Shown here piece by piece: positions 63,609 to 64,000 of a stretch of DNA of 64,000 nt (within the stretch, counting starts at the first letter, position 1; each line of letters begins with the position of its first letter). The position numbers and the translations under genes were made by a program. Source of the stretch: Microthyrium microscopicum. Taxonomy: Eukaryota. The stretch lies in assembly GCA_010405405.1 (NCBI GenBank), contig MU004233.1, positions 1,377,122 through 1,441,121 of the forward strand. Direction: 5' to 3'. The notes under the pieces are model-generated. The model searched no databases and was not told where the DNA came from. It saw only the letters and a program-made list of their open reading frames with translations.

Positions 63609-64000
63609 GAGACCAACTTCATATTCATATTACCTCCATATCGAGAAACTGTCAATTTCAAATCGCAGATGCTTCTATGAGGAGCCTTTTTCCATTCAAG
63701 ACCCAGGGGGGAGCAAAAGCTTGGGCTCATCTCCGTCTTTCGAAGCACTACTCCAATAGACGAGGAGGCATATCGTTCCTGGAAAGTGAAGATGATGAAT
63801 CAAACTGTATCTACTAGAAAGGAGAACTTCCATGAGCTCCACATCAAGATCTTGTGATGTTGCTGCCTGCGGACTGGCCCGAGTTATACTGCAAGCCTCT
63901 GTTACACAACCTTTCCACCATGAGGCCTTATCTCTCACATGCCCTCCAAGAACCTCATCAATTCGTCTGCCCCTCGACGAGGCTTGGAAGAAGCAAAAAA

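Overview
This is gene-dense genomic DNA from a filamentous ascomycete (Pezizomycotina): short GT-AG introns with CTRAY branch points, a HET-domain gene, a Gti1/Pac2 gene and RIP-like patches. About 19 protein genes can be modelled. They are an Hrp1/Musashi-type two-RRM protein, an Msc2/Cis4-type Zn transporter, ALG1, a small secreted Cys-rich protein absent from the ORF track, RPL28, proteasome beta5, SSADH, AIM24, an intronless UTP20, acyl-CoA thioesterase II, Pac2, a HET protein, a cytochrome b5 with a PTS1, an ABCC transporter, a metallophosphoesterase, a DUF3824-like protein and several hypotheticals. An accessory tract at about 29.5-42 kb holds a decayed F-box-like gene, an AT-rich relic, a 722-bp Mutator-like MITE (85-bp TIRs, 9-bp TSD) and two apparently related micro-ORFs. 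The most striking observation is the 1019-nt intron (746-1764) of the RRM gene. Its two halves pair into a nested rod-like hairpin, and it ends in tandem branch/acceptor pairs; the upstream acceptor lies in a UAUAUAUAG tract and would give a premature stop. Together these form a candidate structure-based autoregulatory splicing switch. All gene models and base pairings were made by eye and need computational or RNA-seq confirmation.
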